Below are positions 42,622 to 55,533 of a stretch of 64,000 nucleotides of DNA, piece by piece. Numbering within the stretch: the first letter of the stretch is position 1; the number at the start of each line of letters is the position of its first letter. A program made the position numbers and the translations under genes. Below the pieces are notes generated by a model. That model was not told the origin of the DNA. It worked only from the letters and a program-made list of their open reading frames with translations, and made no database searches. The DNA comes from Auanema rhodensis (lineage: Eukaryota; Animalia; Nematoda): NCBI GenBank assembly GCA_964057225.1, contig OZ059898.1, forward strand, positions 15,190,001-15,254,000, in the 5' to 3' direction.

Positions 42622-44790
42622 AAGGGAGAGGGGGGAGTGGGAGGAGAATAGAGAGTATAGTTGCGCACAGCGACACTTTTCATAGTCTCGATTTATTTCA
42701 AACAAAAGTTTTTGCTACCTACATGCTTGCTATGAGAATCAGGATAATCTTTAACAATTGCTGGTAATGAAAAGAAAAATGAAAAAAATTTAAGAAATTT
42801 CTTAGTTATTCGAGAAATAATTGGAAAGAAATATGCATAGTAATGGCCAGTACTCACTTTTCTCTCGAACTTTTCTCGAATATTACCTCTAAATAGGCAA
42901 AGCCTGCGACTGAGAGTACGCTAAATTCCTGGGCAACAGGGAAAATAATCAAAATTGAAGAAATGTTTGATATATTAGCTTAACATATACATACGACAAA
43001 TTGCTTCTGGTTTTTTTCCAGTTATTTCACTTACTCGTAAGAAGAATATTTGTATATTTGTTCATAAAAACGTCTTATATTTTCCGGAATCAGAGAGGAA
43101 GGGGATATTTTGTGAAAAAATCGAAAACAAATCATCTGAAAGGTTTTGCTTAGTTCAGGAAGAACATCTTTTCTGCAGCAATGAACGGCAGAAATTTCAT
43201 TGTATATGAAGTTCAAGCAGCAACTTTCGCTACGAAGTCAAGAATAGGTTGATGAAAAAAAACTAGAAAAATATAACTTATCTCCCAAAAACAAATTTTT
43301 TTTTCAAATTTACAATTCAAAGCTGGAAAAAAGGTTGGGAACAGGAGAATCAGCTAGAGATTACTATTATAAGAGATGATAGTAGCTTATGAAGTAGACA
43401 TCCAATATATCTACAGATATCTATTTGGAAAAACTTCCCAAGAAGTTATGAGAAACCAAATGATTGACGAAGTGAACGAAGGAAAAAACTAAATTCTCAA
43501 GAGAGTTGAAAAGGGAAAAAACCAAATCTAAATGTTCTAATCCTTCTTTAAATGCTTGTAACCTTTATTTCACAATCTAATCAAAGCACATTACGTATTG
43601 GAGGATCGTGAGCATCTGTATCTAAGCCCAATATTCTATTTCGTGTCTACCTCAATCAAAAGGAAAAAACAAGAAGAAAGTAAAAAGAGAACAAGAGTAA
43701 CAAATAGACTTATTTAGATTTTTTTTTCAAAAATAATATCATTAGATAAGTAAATGAAATACAAAAATATTCTTGATTCTCTCTATAAAATTTGAAAAAA
43801 AGTTGCTTTAGCGTATTAATAATCGGATTTTAGAGATCTGAAGAAATATATACAAAGAGAGAAGGAGGAAGAGACAGGAAATAGATAGCAACAGCTGAAA
43901 CAATATTATAAAATGAAAGAAAGATATGAAAAGCGCTAGTTGTATTTGGTCGATTTTTTGAGTAATCACTAATTTGCAGAAACAAAATACTGCTAGGCAT
44001 GGCTGACGATTCTGATTTGCTGCAACAATACATAAAGCAGGTGAAATAGTGTGAAAAACAAGAAAACGATATTGAGAAAGCTTGAAATACGTTGACGAAA
44101 GCTAGGCGATGGTCATTTGTTCAGATAATTCTAGATAAGCATTAGAATGCTTGATTCTCGTCAGCGTCCCACAACATCGTCCTTCTTCTAATCAAAACTA
44201 CATTATACATACAAATATGTATATATACAATCAGATACAAAAAAAGGTTTGATTCCTACAACGAGGGAAAACATCAAAAGCTGTGGTCCATGGCTGAATT
44301 TCCTCTGTTTTTTCTTTAAAATTATTTGTCCAAGGAACCATCAGAGTAGACAATAGCATCAACCTTTTTTCATGGCCATTGAATATTTTCTTATGCAGTT
44401 GAGAAAACCACAAATTCTCTTCCGTCGTCCACTGACTCTTCCGGAAGTCGTTCAGAATTCAGGAGCGACGAACGATGAGCATGAAAAAGTACAGATGATA
44501 CATACACAAACACATACACACACATACATTCACATTATTCAGTTTCAATTTATGTGCAATTTTGCCCTATATCTAATACAACACTTCGACCTTTTTATTT
44601 AAGTTAAGCATAAAATACTACCACATTTGTACTTTATTGCCTAGAATTTTATGCTTTCATTTAATTCAGAACTAACTGTCCTATCCCATCTCTCTCTCTT
44701 TCTTTCTTTCTCTCTTTCTCAATCCTTTCGTCTATCTCTCTCTCTCTCTCTTTCTCAATCCTTTCGTCTATTTCTGTTATAATCTTTTTT

Positions 44791-44857
<67 letters not shown>

Positions 44858-46224
44858 TCTCTCTCCCTCTCGATTTCTTCCACAGATCTCTCCAGAATTT
44901 TCTAAATCACACTTTACCATCTTTCGCTGTTCAGCATAATCTTTCAAATATTTTTTGCTTCCATCGTCATATGAATCATCTTGACTTCATCACTCTGTCT
45001 TCAACCAACCCTTTCCCATAAGCCATATCTTCTACCACCTCATCAGTACATTTCTTAGACACAATTTGTCACTTTTTTTCAGTTCGTAATAAAAACAACC
45101 GTTTGATAAAAAATGTTTGAAATACTTGCTCTTTAGTTGACTGATCAAAGAAGGCTATATCAAACATTCAAACGTTAGTTGTATCCCCACTATTAAATGA
45201 ACTATGACAAAGAAAAATGATGAAAGGAGAGTTATACTTAATTATAAACCACAAATTTCAGCTAAAAATAGATTTTAAACGTATAGATAATTCAAAACCA
45301 TCCCATAATAGCTAAATATATATAAATGTTTTCATTATATCTACTTTTAGACGTAAATATAATAAATATTCATAATACGAAGATAGTAAATGAGTATGTT
45401 CGAGACAAATGACTGAAAACATTTCGTCTATTTTTGTGATAAAACGTATCAAAACCAAATGACAGATAGAGCGAGAAATGCAAAATACAATGAAGACATC
45501 ATACAACTTGCTAAATATATGATGTCATCTTGGTCTTTCTCTCTTTCATGTTGCAAAATCAAAATTAGTTCATCATTGAACGGAAGTATTTCACATCAAT
45601 TCCAAAATTACAAGAGAGAAATCGAGAAAAGGGTGAGAAAAGAAGCCTACACAAGCATCATTAGAATAATAATTGACCACGTGAAATTCACGTTACACTA
45701 GCATTCTCATATCATTTTACATTCTTAGATCACACAGCACGGTGTATTCCAAAAACAAACAACTAACGAACATCACAATTACGTTACTAGTAGAGGATGT
45801 AGTTAATAATTACAAAAAAAAATTTCTCAACGCCCACTGTAGCACCTGGTATTAAAACCAAAATATTTTGAAACTTCTGTCACAAGACAACGAAAATTCA
45901 GAAGCGAAATCAGACTTTACTTTTGATTACTTTCTAGTCATCTAGTAGGATAGGTTATTGTGACAATGAATTACAAAAGCAAGCTGGTCTTTTGCAAGAG
46001 TAATAATTACTGATTATCATTTGTTAAAACAAACTTTCTTGTAAAACTTGAATGAAAACAAATTGAATTATGACAACATTGTTAAATTAAAGTAATAGTA
46101 TGTAATCATCGGTACAACAAAGGCAAAAAAAAGTTTAAAAACTTTGCAAATTGGAAAATCACGTTAATATAATACACGTGAAACATAAGATCAGTGGATG
46201 GACGGAGCAAGGAGAATGTACTTT

Positions 46225-47282
46225 TTATTCCATATCTTCATCTGAAAGCAAAGTCAACAATGAGTTTGATATGAAAAGAAAATAACAAAGTTCTAATTAC
46301 CTTCATTTTGTTGATTTTGTCGTCCTCCTCCTAGCATGCGTTGCAAATTAGCTAGACCCTCTTCACTTAACTCTACATCACCATCCGCATTAGCCAACTG
46401 ACAATAAGACAATAAATAAGGAAGTAATTTATTACACATACGCTTTCAGCTGTGATCCACTGTCCACCATTTGGAGGTGCGAAGCCAATTCCATTTTCAT
46501 CGACTTCACCAACATCTTCCATTCCTTCGTCTTCATCAGAAATGTCATCCTCATCAGGGTTCAATTCCTGACATAAGCTCATTTCATCGTAAATCTGACT
46601 TACTGAAAGGAAAGACTGAGAATATGAAACAGAGCAAATTGCGAAAACTCACAAACACTGGTGTCTGTTGGGACAAAACGAATTGAAACATTTGGAGGAG
46701 TGTCACTGTCAGCTTCATCAACATCTTCATTTAGCTCTTGCTCAGCCATATTCAAATCTGAAAATATACTCAAATTTGTGATATCCGAGAATGACCAGAA
46801 GAATTTTCATTTAAATACCATTCACATGTTGAGACTCAGCAGCAGTGTATAATGGAATGTCTCTTGGTCTGCGCCGCTCTAAAAACAACAAAGTTAGAGC
46901 GTCGCAGACTCAAAGATATTTTCAATCCGGGACAGACGTCTCAAACCATGAGTAAATTAAAATTTAAAGATACTCACCGGCTCTTGAACAGTCCACCAGC
47001 ACATAGATGCATTCACTGTGGAAAGTACTGATGTCAGTAGAAACAGCGTGAAGGATGATTGAGGGGTAAGTAAGAGAGAATCCTTTCTTGGTTTCTCTAT
47101 TGATCCAGGTGACAGATCTAAATTTACAAAATGAATCGAAAGCAATAAGAAATTAGGAAAAACCTCTCAGTCAAAGAAATAGATCCATCTCCAAGACAAT
47201 TATTCTCTACGTAACATTGTACTTGTTGTTGATGAAAACGAACATTTTCAGTAGGCTCAGCAACTTCTGTCAAAACGATCAT
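46225..47282 (-). CDS. icln-1: Methylosome subunit pICln (CLNS1A)
   Basis: Spliced protein MIVLTEVAEPTENVRF...LGDGSISLTERSVTWIN...GFSLTYPSIILHAVSTD...IRFVPTD...IYDEMSLCQELNPD...GLANLQRML, matching the pICln PH-like fold and acidic stretches. Confidence 0.9.
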
Positions 47283-47424
47283 TCTGAACCAATGTAATTA
47301 AACGAAATCAAAAAAAATCACATGAAAGATAAATGAAGCTGATTAAACCACTTAATATAGAGAAATAATAATTTTTAAAAACTTTATGATGAGATCAAAG
47401 ACTATAAACAGATATGGTAACAAT

Positions 47425-49319
47425 TTAGAATTCTTTCAAAACTTTCAGAATTTTAGGGTCTGTAACAAATTTGCCAGCCGTTGCTCGTAGTGCTGTCATC
47501 GTTTCTTTATTATACCAATCACACCGTGTTGAGAGGTTTTTTAAGCTTTCTATTGTCTGAACACAGAAAAACACTCAAAACAATGAAAATAGGCAATTCT
47601 CACCTCTTTAACAATGAACTTATCAGGACAAGTTGGATTTGTGAGTGACAGAAAATCTTTGAAAAGTAGAGCTGAGTTATTTCCATACTTGATAGAACCT
47701 ATAACTCGTATTAGGCCAACAGCCATTATGTCATCCTGAAAAAAAAACAAGTCTTCATTTAAAATATTAAAATATATCAATACCTGATCAAGACAAGCCT
47801 TCTTGAAAACTTCAGCCAATAATGGAGCAACTTTCTTGATATCATCTGGTTGAAGAAAGATTTCACCACCATATGAGAATAAATTGCATAGATAGCGATA
47901 AAATAGCTCACAAATCTAATAATCAAAAAAATAAAAAAGAAAAAAAAGAAAAACATACAGGCTCAGTTAACTTCAATTTCTCTTCCGGAATATCTTGAGC
48001 TCCTACCCAATAACTAACAATGAAAGAACTAGCTTCTTGAACTGAGAACAGAAAAAAAACGAATAAAGGAATAGAAAATAAATTAACTTACTAGCTTTAG
48101 AAATCTTTAGGGAATCATCGTCATTCATGAAATCTTCATCATCAACAGCTCTAATTGACATCTATACCATTAATTTAAAGAAAAAAATTATACAATAAAT
48201 GTTATAAGAATACATTACCTCTAATAAGTCCAAACAAATTGATAATGAATTAAATTCTATGTCTCCTGGGTTGTCTAAGATTATTCGTAATTCACCTGTT
48301 GCTAAATGAGCAATCAGACAAAGAAGTTGGCAATCTTTTTCAAACCATGTGGGTCCTCTCTTCTAAAATAGTGAAAATAATTATAAAACAACTATAAGAT
48401 TTAATACAGCAGTGACAGCATCAGCTAAACCAAATGCAGCCATTTTGAACTGACCATCCAACCTATTAGGAGGAGCTTTTACTATGCTTCCCACTACTGA
48501 CAAAAATTTTTTTTCCCAATCATACGTTGAATCTAAAAAGTTTCATGTTCGAAGAAATATTTTTGAAAGCCTTCTCACCAGGATTCAAATCAGTAATAAG
48601 CATAACCAATCCAGAACATAAGTTCAAAAGATCCAAAGGCCAAGGGTTAAAGTTATTTTCAGTTGCAAAGGTCACTAATAACCTAAGCCCTTCGTGCACA
48701 AGTTTTTGGTCATTCTAAAAAAGCAGGAAATGAGAAGCACAATGTAATTGAAACATACTCTTATTGGAGCTCGAACAAGAAATGAGAGAACATCAAACGA
48801 TAGTGAAAGATCTTTAAAGCCTATAACATTCAAGTTAGGCAATCGAGAGCAAAAAAAAATTAAAACTGACGATTTTTAATGAACCTTACTAATCTTTTAA
48901 CAATATCAAGATGTTCCTCATATTGCGAATCACTACAAACAGATAATAACTTGGCATATATGTCGATCAAGAATTTCTGATAACTGGAAAAGAGAACAAA
49001 ATAAACATAATTTGGATTTGACCAAACTCAAAATATTCTGACTCTTCTACACAGAGCAATTCGTCAACAAATTCTTTAGGAAAAGAACTTAATATAGTAT
49101 TTGATGTATTTTCGTCCAACTCAGATCCCTGAACAATTCATAGTCAGTTAAGATCCGAAATATAAGAAATCCAACCGAACTGTACTTCTTAGCCAGGACA
49201 AATAATGTTGATATTTTCGTCCCTATAGATGAGCCGTTCAATAAAAACTTGTCCAAACATTCCTGAAGGCTTAAATCTTCGTCTATGTTCTCAAGAATAG
49301 GGGCTAGAGCTAAAGACAT
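47425..49319 (-). CDS. Neurochondrin-like ARM-repeat protein
   Basis: A complete GT-AG multi-exon frame runs from MSLALAPILE to ...KVLKEF*. The segment GPTWFEKDCQLLCLIAHLATGELRIILD...SLSICLDLLE resembles neurochondrin. The gene itself is well supported; the family call is moderate. Confidence 0.6.
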
Positions 49320-49909
49320 TTTCTTACTTATATATTCATTGGAACGGGCAAATTCGAAAATTTATCTGGCTACTCGCCAAAGGGGGAAGTTTCAAGACCA
49401 ATTCATTTAAACACTAGTTAGACCTTTAATATTTCTTCCGTCCTCTTGCTCCGCAAAATTCGGTCAATGCTTTCTGGTCTTTTTTTTCTACCATTCCTTT
49501 CTTATCTCTCTTATGAGTTTTCATATTGATTTTCCAACTCAAAGCTTGCTTTTAAAGGTATCAAAATTCAAAGTATTGCACTCCTCAAACTGACGATGAT
49601 ATTATCATTCTTGTTCGTACCATGAATGTTTACCTCCATACATGTTCTCTTTTGGCTGAAAGACCCCATGTTTTAATCGCGTGGTTTGATCATATGCGCT
49701 ATCAAATATTGATTGATTCTACTTTTTCCGCCTGGTCCAGCTTATATTACTATCAAGTCAACTTTTTTTGTGAAAATATAGTTTTTACTAGCCTTTCTTG
49801 CTGTTTTCATTTTCACTTTGCTGCCTTGTTGTAATGTGTTATTTCTACTTTGCTGTTATGTTTCCTCCGAATATTCATTGACTGCATTGTTCAGCTTTAA
49901 TTTTTAGAC

Positions 49910-51416
49910 ATGGTTCTGCCCATCTTCGGTAAGTCGCATAAGTCGCCCGCAGATGTTGTCAAAAACTTGAAAGATGCTCTTGTTATCATAGAGAAGGTCA
50001 GTTCAACGGTTTCTGCGATTTTCTTTGATTTTGCAAAAAGCATTTTACATTTTGCAACGTCTTATCTGCTTTTTTGTATTTTCTTGTCGTTCAGGGTGAT
50101 AAGAAATCTGACAAAGCTGTGGAAGAGGTGAATAAATGGCTTCAAATGGTAAAAGGTATTATTTATGGCCAGGATGGTCAAGAACCCAATAGCGAACAGG
50201 TTTAGTAATTCGATTATAATATCAGAAGTATTATTGAAATTTTTTAAAGGTAGCTCAACTTGCTCAAGAAACATATAACGCCAACGTGCTACCAATGCTT
50301 ATTCGGAATCTTGCCAAGTTGGATTTTGAGAGCAAAAAGGTTTTGAGCTTAAATTAAATATTTAACACAATTTGTGGGGAAACATTTTTTTAAGGATGTT
50401 GCTCAAATATTCAACAACCTCCTTCGCCGGCAAATTGGAACTCGGTCACCAACAGTTGAATATCTTGGAGCTCGTCCAGAAATTCTTATTGTCCTAGTTA
50501 ATGGGTGATATTTTCCCAGAGTTTTGTTTATTTTTCAATCTTTCTCAGTTATGAAAACGGAGAAATAGCCGTTACATGTGGATCAATGCTAAGAGAATGT
50601 ATTAGACACGATCAATTAGCTAAGGTAAGTGGTTTTTAATGTATTTTTTTCAATTTTACGATTTATTATTTAAAACCTTTTACTTTCTTATTTTTTTCTT
50701 AAGATCCTTCTTAATCATGAGTCATTCTATAAATTTTTTGAATATGTTGAGATGTCTTCTTTCGATATTGCTTCAGATGCTTATTCAACCTTTAAAGTAT
50801 GTTTTTCCTCCGTGTTAGATCATCTTTCTTATACATCTTATGTAGGATTTGATAACCAAACATAAAACTCTTTGTGCCGAGTTTCTCGATGCAAACTATG
50901 ACAAATTTTTCTTGGAGTATCAAAAACTATTGAACTCGGAAAACTATGTAACGAGAAGACAATCTTTGAAGGTATTTTCATTTAATTTTTTAAATTTTTT
51001 ATTTTCTTTTCTTAGCTCCTTGGTGAATTGCTTTTGGATCGTCATAACTTCAATGTCATGACTAAATACATCTCTAACCCAGAGAATCTGAAACTTATGA
51101 TGGAACTTTTGAGAGAGAAAAGTCGAAGTATACAATTTGAAGCATTCCATGTCTTCAAGGAAAAGTTTTTACCAAAAAAGCAACTTTCTAATTTTGTTCT
51201 TTCAGGTTTTTGTTGCCAATCCCAACAAACCCCGACCTATTGCCGACATATTATTACGAAATCGAGAGAAGCTGGTAAGTTGTAAGTAGGTTTTCAACAA
51301 ATGTTCCATTTATGCAGGTTGATTTCTTGCAACAGTTCCATAAAGATCGAACAGATGACGAACAGTTTAATGATGAAAAAGCTTATCTCATTAAACAGAT
51401 TCAGGAGATGAAATAA
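49910..51416 (+). CDS. mop-25: MO25/CAB39 scaffold protein
   Basis: [24 protein letters not shown]...[18 protein letters not shown]...[12 protein letters not shown]...[23 protein letters not shown]...[16 protein letters not shown]...[19 protein letters not shown]. Ten coding exons. Confidence 0.96.
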
Positions 51417-52899
51417 CTTCTTTTATGACAATCATTGATACTTAAAATAATACCAGTACCCTTTAATCAATTAGTTCTTTTGTCACGATTGTGAATTGTA
51501 AACATGTAATTATAACTGTGTCATTTTATTTTCATCGTGTTCTCCATATTTTCGAGTAGGAACATGTATCTTTATTCCTATTGGATGACTTTATGATTTT
51601 ACGAAATTTTGCATTGTAACAACTAGTACTCAGTCAAGTGGCAGCCAAATTTAGAAAATGTAAATTTTCGGGAATTGTTAACCTAAGTAGATGATTAATT
51701 TTTCGGTGTCACTCGTGTCTTTTGTTCTTGTTTCCTTTTTAATTTTTTGTTGTTTTCTATGGATTTTAATAAATCCTTAGTAATTTCTATAAAAAAATAT
51801 CTTCGGCTTGCCTTCTCATCTTTTTGTTGTTTGCGATCTCGCTGATTCATATAACTTTTCAACTTTGCAAAACTTTTTATTTTTCTTGTCTTTTTACGCA
51901 TCATCTCTTTCTTCTCGTTCTTCTCTCCTTCTTAAATTTCTCCTTTCTCCCTTCCAATTGATATTGCTGCTGAAATCTTTTTTCAAGTTGGCTTAGGGGC
52001 TATTATTTTGTAGTTGCTTTACAAAGTTATTTTATAAATTTCGATGTCGAGTTAACTCAGCCAACTAAAACCCAATAGAGATATTGCTGATTTTTTTTGT
52101 TTCATTTTATGCTGGTATTTCCAACTTTTTTATTTTTTTCAAAATGTTTTCAATAAGTATATTCACAACTAGCTATCGTACTAAAAGAAGATATAAGTAA
52201 TTTTCAACAAAGGTTTTATAAAAATTTAAATAGCTATCTGCACAATATATTATAATCATATGCGCATAACGTAGGTTATGTTGTGATGGAAATTCGTGTA
52301 GTAACTCAAATCTCTTTGTCATTGTTCTATTACTAATATGTTCTATGCATGAGAATTGGTTGTAAAATCTGTTTCAATACTATTACTATTTCAATGGATA
52401 TGCATCTTCGTTGAATAGGCAAAAGAAGGACAACTGTATGGGTGTAGTTCTCGAATTGTAGTATTTCGGTAAAAATCTGTTGATGGGATTGCTGCGTGAA
52501 ATAGCATATTTTCACAATAATCCCCCTGGGAATGTTTTTACAGTTTCGCAACTTGTGCTATTTTTGAAACTAGAAAGTTCGCGCTGATTCAGCCATGCTT
52601 TTGTCCTTATCAATCAGATACTTAAGACGCCTTTCTTTGTTCAATTCTTACTAACAATATCGGGAATGTGCGTTCAAACGATGAAATGAGAAAAAACACA
52701 GTTTAAGAGGTCCGATACGAATTTAATTTATCAACATTAAATAAATAAAAGTAAAATGATAAAATAGGCACAAAACAAAACAAGACAAGAAATTAAGAAG
52801 AGAACTTAATGAGCATATAATTAATTCACCACATTGTGGAATGATTTTTAATATAATGACAAGAATTATAAATTATAACAACCCATCATATTCTTCGGT

Positions 52900-53938
52900 T
52901 TAGTTGTTGAAATCAGCGCCAGCTCCGAATCCTCCGGCAACTGGGGCGACTTTGCCCAATAATTCAAGCTGGGAATCAATCATCTGAAATACAGTAATGT
53001 AACATTTCTAAGCCAAATGGCAAATTCACTTGAAGAAGCTCTTGGGGAGATGGAACACGGCCAGATTCAAGCTTGCTCCATACTTGCTCATCACCAAGGT
53101 AAATTTCAAATGCTCCAGTTGACATGAGAGAACCTTCAATCATATTAGAGAGCAGGAAAGTCATCATACAAGCTGATAGCTAAAAATAAAGTTACATACT
53201 CTAAAAGGAAAATGGTATACTTACCTTGTTTTGTTGAGCCCAAGTAAATACATTAATATTTCTAAGGAATGGAATAGGGTTACTAGTTCCGGTGACGATG
53301 CAAAACAGCAAAATCATTTTTCCAATGTTGATAGCCTAAATAAAATTTTGATGGCAGAATCTAAAGTGTTTGATACCTGAGCAAGATAAGCCTTCCATGG
53401 TGCAGGTGGATAGTTTGTTCCTTCAATATTCATTTCAGGATATTTCTCTTTGATAAATTGAGAGTATTGTTCGAAGGCATTTTTGTATCCACATGAAACA
53501 CTAAAAAAATAGATAAATCAAGACGAACTACAGAAAAAATACCAATAAATGAAGCGAGTGGTTGGCAAATCTTTAACTAGAATAGGTTTTGGTTTGGTGA
53601 ATCCAGATTGTTCCCGAACCTCGACATGATCTTCTTCAGTTCCTTCGCTTAACATATTCAAATTAAATATCATAATAAACTATAAATGAAACCTGAAAGT
53701 ATTGTCCTCCTTCTCGTCTCCAAATTCGTTCTTGAAGTCATCATGCTCGTCTTCGTTGTGTTCATGAGCTGGAACTGTATGAATAGCATTTTTAAAGTTA
53801 ATTTTAGTAAAGGTTATATAGTGTCTATCTCTAGGAAAAAACAAATAAAACAGAATAAACGATACCTCTAACATAAATGTCGTGTACTGACAATAGGAAA
53901 ACAAGTCCTAAGATGATATACCCTGTTCTTCCTATCAT
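52900..53938 (-). CDS. selt-1: Selenoprotein T homologue with Cys in place of Sec (CVSC)
   Basis: Signal/anchor MIGRTGYIILGLVFLL, then FIYCVSCGYKNAFEQY...IEGTNYPP...LMSTGAFEIYLGDEQVWSKLESGRVPSPQEL. The redox-motif codon is TGT, not TGA. Confidence 0.92.
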
Positions 53939-54562
53939 TTAGATTTTTTTGAAGAATAGATTTAAACCTTGAATGGAAAATAATCATGGGTTATTGAGAA
54001 TGAATAATAATAATAAATAATTAAATTAAGCACTAAGCAAAGAGAGAAAAAAAAGAAAAAATGTTGAGATATAAATTTTAAGTTAATCAAATAAGTTCAA
54101 CGAACATTTCAAATTACAGCCACTTTGTACGCTGTTTACAGTCTGTTACACCGTCTGCGTCTCTTTTATATACAAGATCACAGTGACGTCAGCCCCGATT
54201 GGAAATCCGACTGTTGCTATTCCATATGTACTGTTATGTAGTTTTTGAATAATTTAGCTTTGTTTGTTTATTCTGTATAAAGTTTATATATTTAATGAAG
54301 CATTAATTAATTTTGAAATTAGCTTCCGAAAATATAACATCTATGTACAAACAATGTGAACATATGAGTCATTACATTCGTCCACAATGACGAAACATAG
54401 TCTACATATTTATTCCTTCTTGTGCTGTATAGCTTGCTCTGTATGGTGTTCTCACTTCATTAAACTATCTGGTTTTTTTATTTGTTTCTCATATTTCATT
54501 TTTCTATTCTCAGTGTTGCTTTGTTGTTTGCTTGGATAACTTTAAAGTGCAGTTGTTTTCAG
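53939..54562. promoter_or_regulatory. Putative bidirectional promoter between selt-1 and mig-2
   Basis: Head-to-head genes. Contains TCTGCGTCTC (54154-54163), a common nematode promoter motif, and a perfect CRE TGACGTCA (54184-54191). Confidence 0.5.
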
Positions 54563-55533
54563 ATGTCCTCACCGTCTCGTCAAATCAAGTGCGTTGTTGT
54601 TGGAGATGGTACTGTGGGTAAAACCTGCATGCTCATCTCTCATACCACAGATTCATTTCCAGTAAACTATGTACCAACTGTGTAAGTTGTATATTTTTAT
54701 TTTTTAGCATGATTAAGTTAAATATTGGTTTTAAGGTTCGATAACTATTCCGCTCAGATGACAGTTGATGGACAAACTGTGAACCTCGGATTATGGGATA
54801 CAGCGGGACAGGTATTAATTTTATTCAATTTTTATAATGTATTCTGGCATTTTTACGCATCAGTAATCGTAATTATTTACATTGCGGATAATTATCCTTT
54901 TCTCATACTAATTTTGATTTCAATCAAATCACATAAAGTATAACTGTTTCTATTTATAATTATTATTTCAAATTTCTGTTGAAACTTCGCCTTTTTTTAG
55001 GAGGACTACGATCGACTTCGTCCATTAAGTTATCCACAAACAGATGTGTTTGTTCTTTGTTTTTCCGTTATTTCTCCAGTATCTTTCGACAACGTTGCCA
55101 CTAAATGGATTCCAGAAATTAGACAACATTGTCCAGATGCACCTATTATCTTAGTTGGTGGGAATAGCATGTTTTTAAAAGTTTAATCAATATTATCTAT
55201 TTTAGGAACTAAGCTTGATTTAAGAGATGATGCTGTTGCTAAAGCATCTTCCGGTGAGGTAAGCAGTGTTCTATGATGTTCCTCTTATTTTGTTTTATTA
55301 TGTTTTAGGATAGAGCACCAATTGTTAAAGGACAAGGGCAAAAATGCGCACAAAAAATCAAAGCCGTAAAATATCTAGAATGTTCTGCTTTAACGCAACA
55401 AGGACTGAAACAAGTATTGCTGTTTTAACATGTTTCGTGCTCATAGTGTATGTTTCAGGTATTTGAAGAAGCAGTTCGAGCTGTGATACATCCCAAGCCT
55501 CTTAAGAAGAAAAAGAAATGTACTATTTTGTAA
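54563..55533 (+). CDS. mig-2: Rac/RhoG-like small GTPase MIG-2 (Mtl subfamily)
   Basis: [26 protein letters not shown]...[13 protein letters not shown]...[21 protein letters not shown]...KKKKKCTIL (CAAX). The N-terminus matches nematode MIG-2 as I recall it. Confidence 0.93.

Larger units (their letters stand above)
19300..45000. repeat. Gene-poor region dense in (AG)n/(CT)n, (AT)n, (GAT)n, (GAA)n and (CA)n microsatellites
   Basis: Examples: (GA)n 27124-27181, 34159-34208, 36428-36478 and 37571-37621; (CT)n 44794-44852; (GAT)n 32796-32844; (CA)n 31499-31530. ORFs here are mostly SLSLSL/RERERE artefacts. Confidence 0.9.

Noticed and set aside
19453-45000. Numerous 60-150 aa ORFs with SLSLSL, RERERE, poly-S or poly-I tracts
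   Set aside because: These are microsatellite translation artefacts.
46852-46860. TGGAATGT, the miR-1 5' end or seed
   Set aside because: Only 8 nt match. The rest differs from miR-1 and lies outside the main stem.
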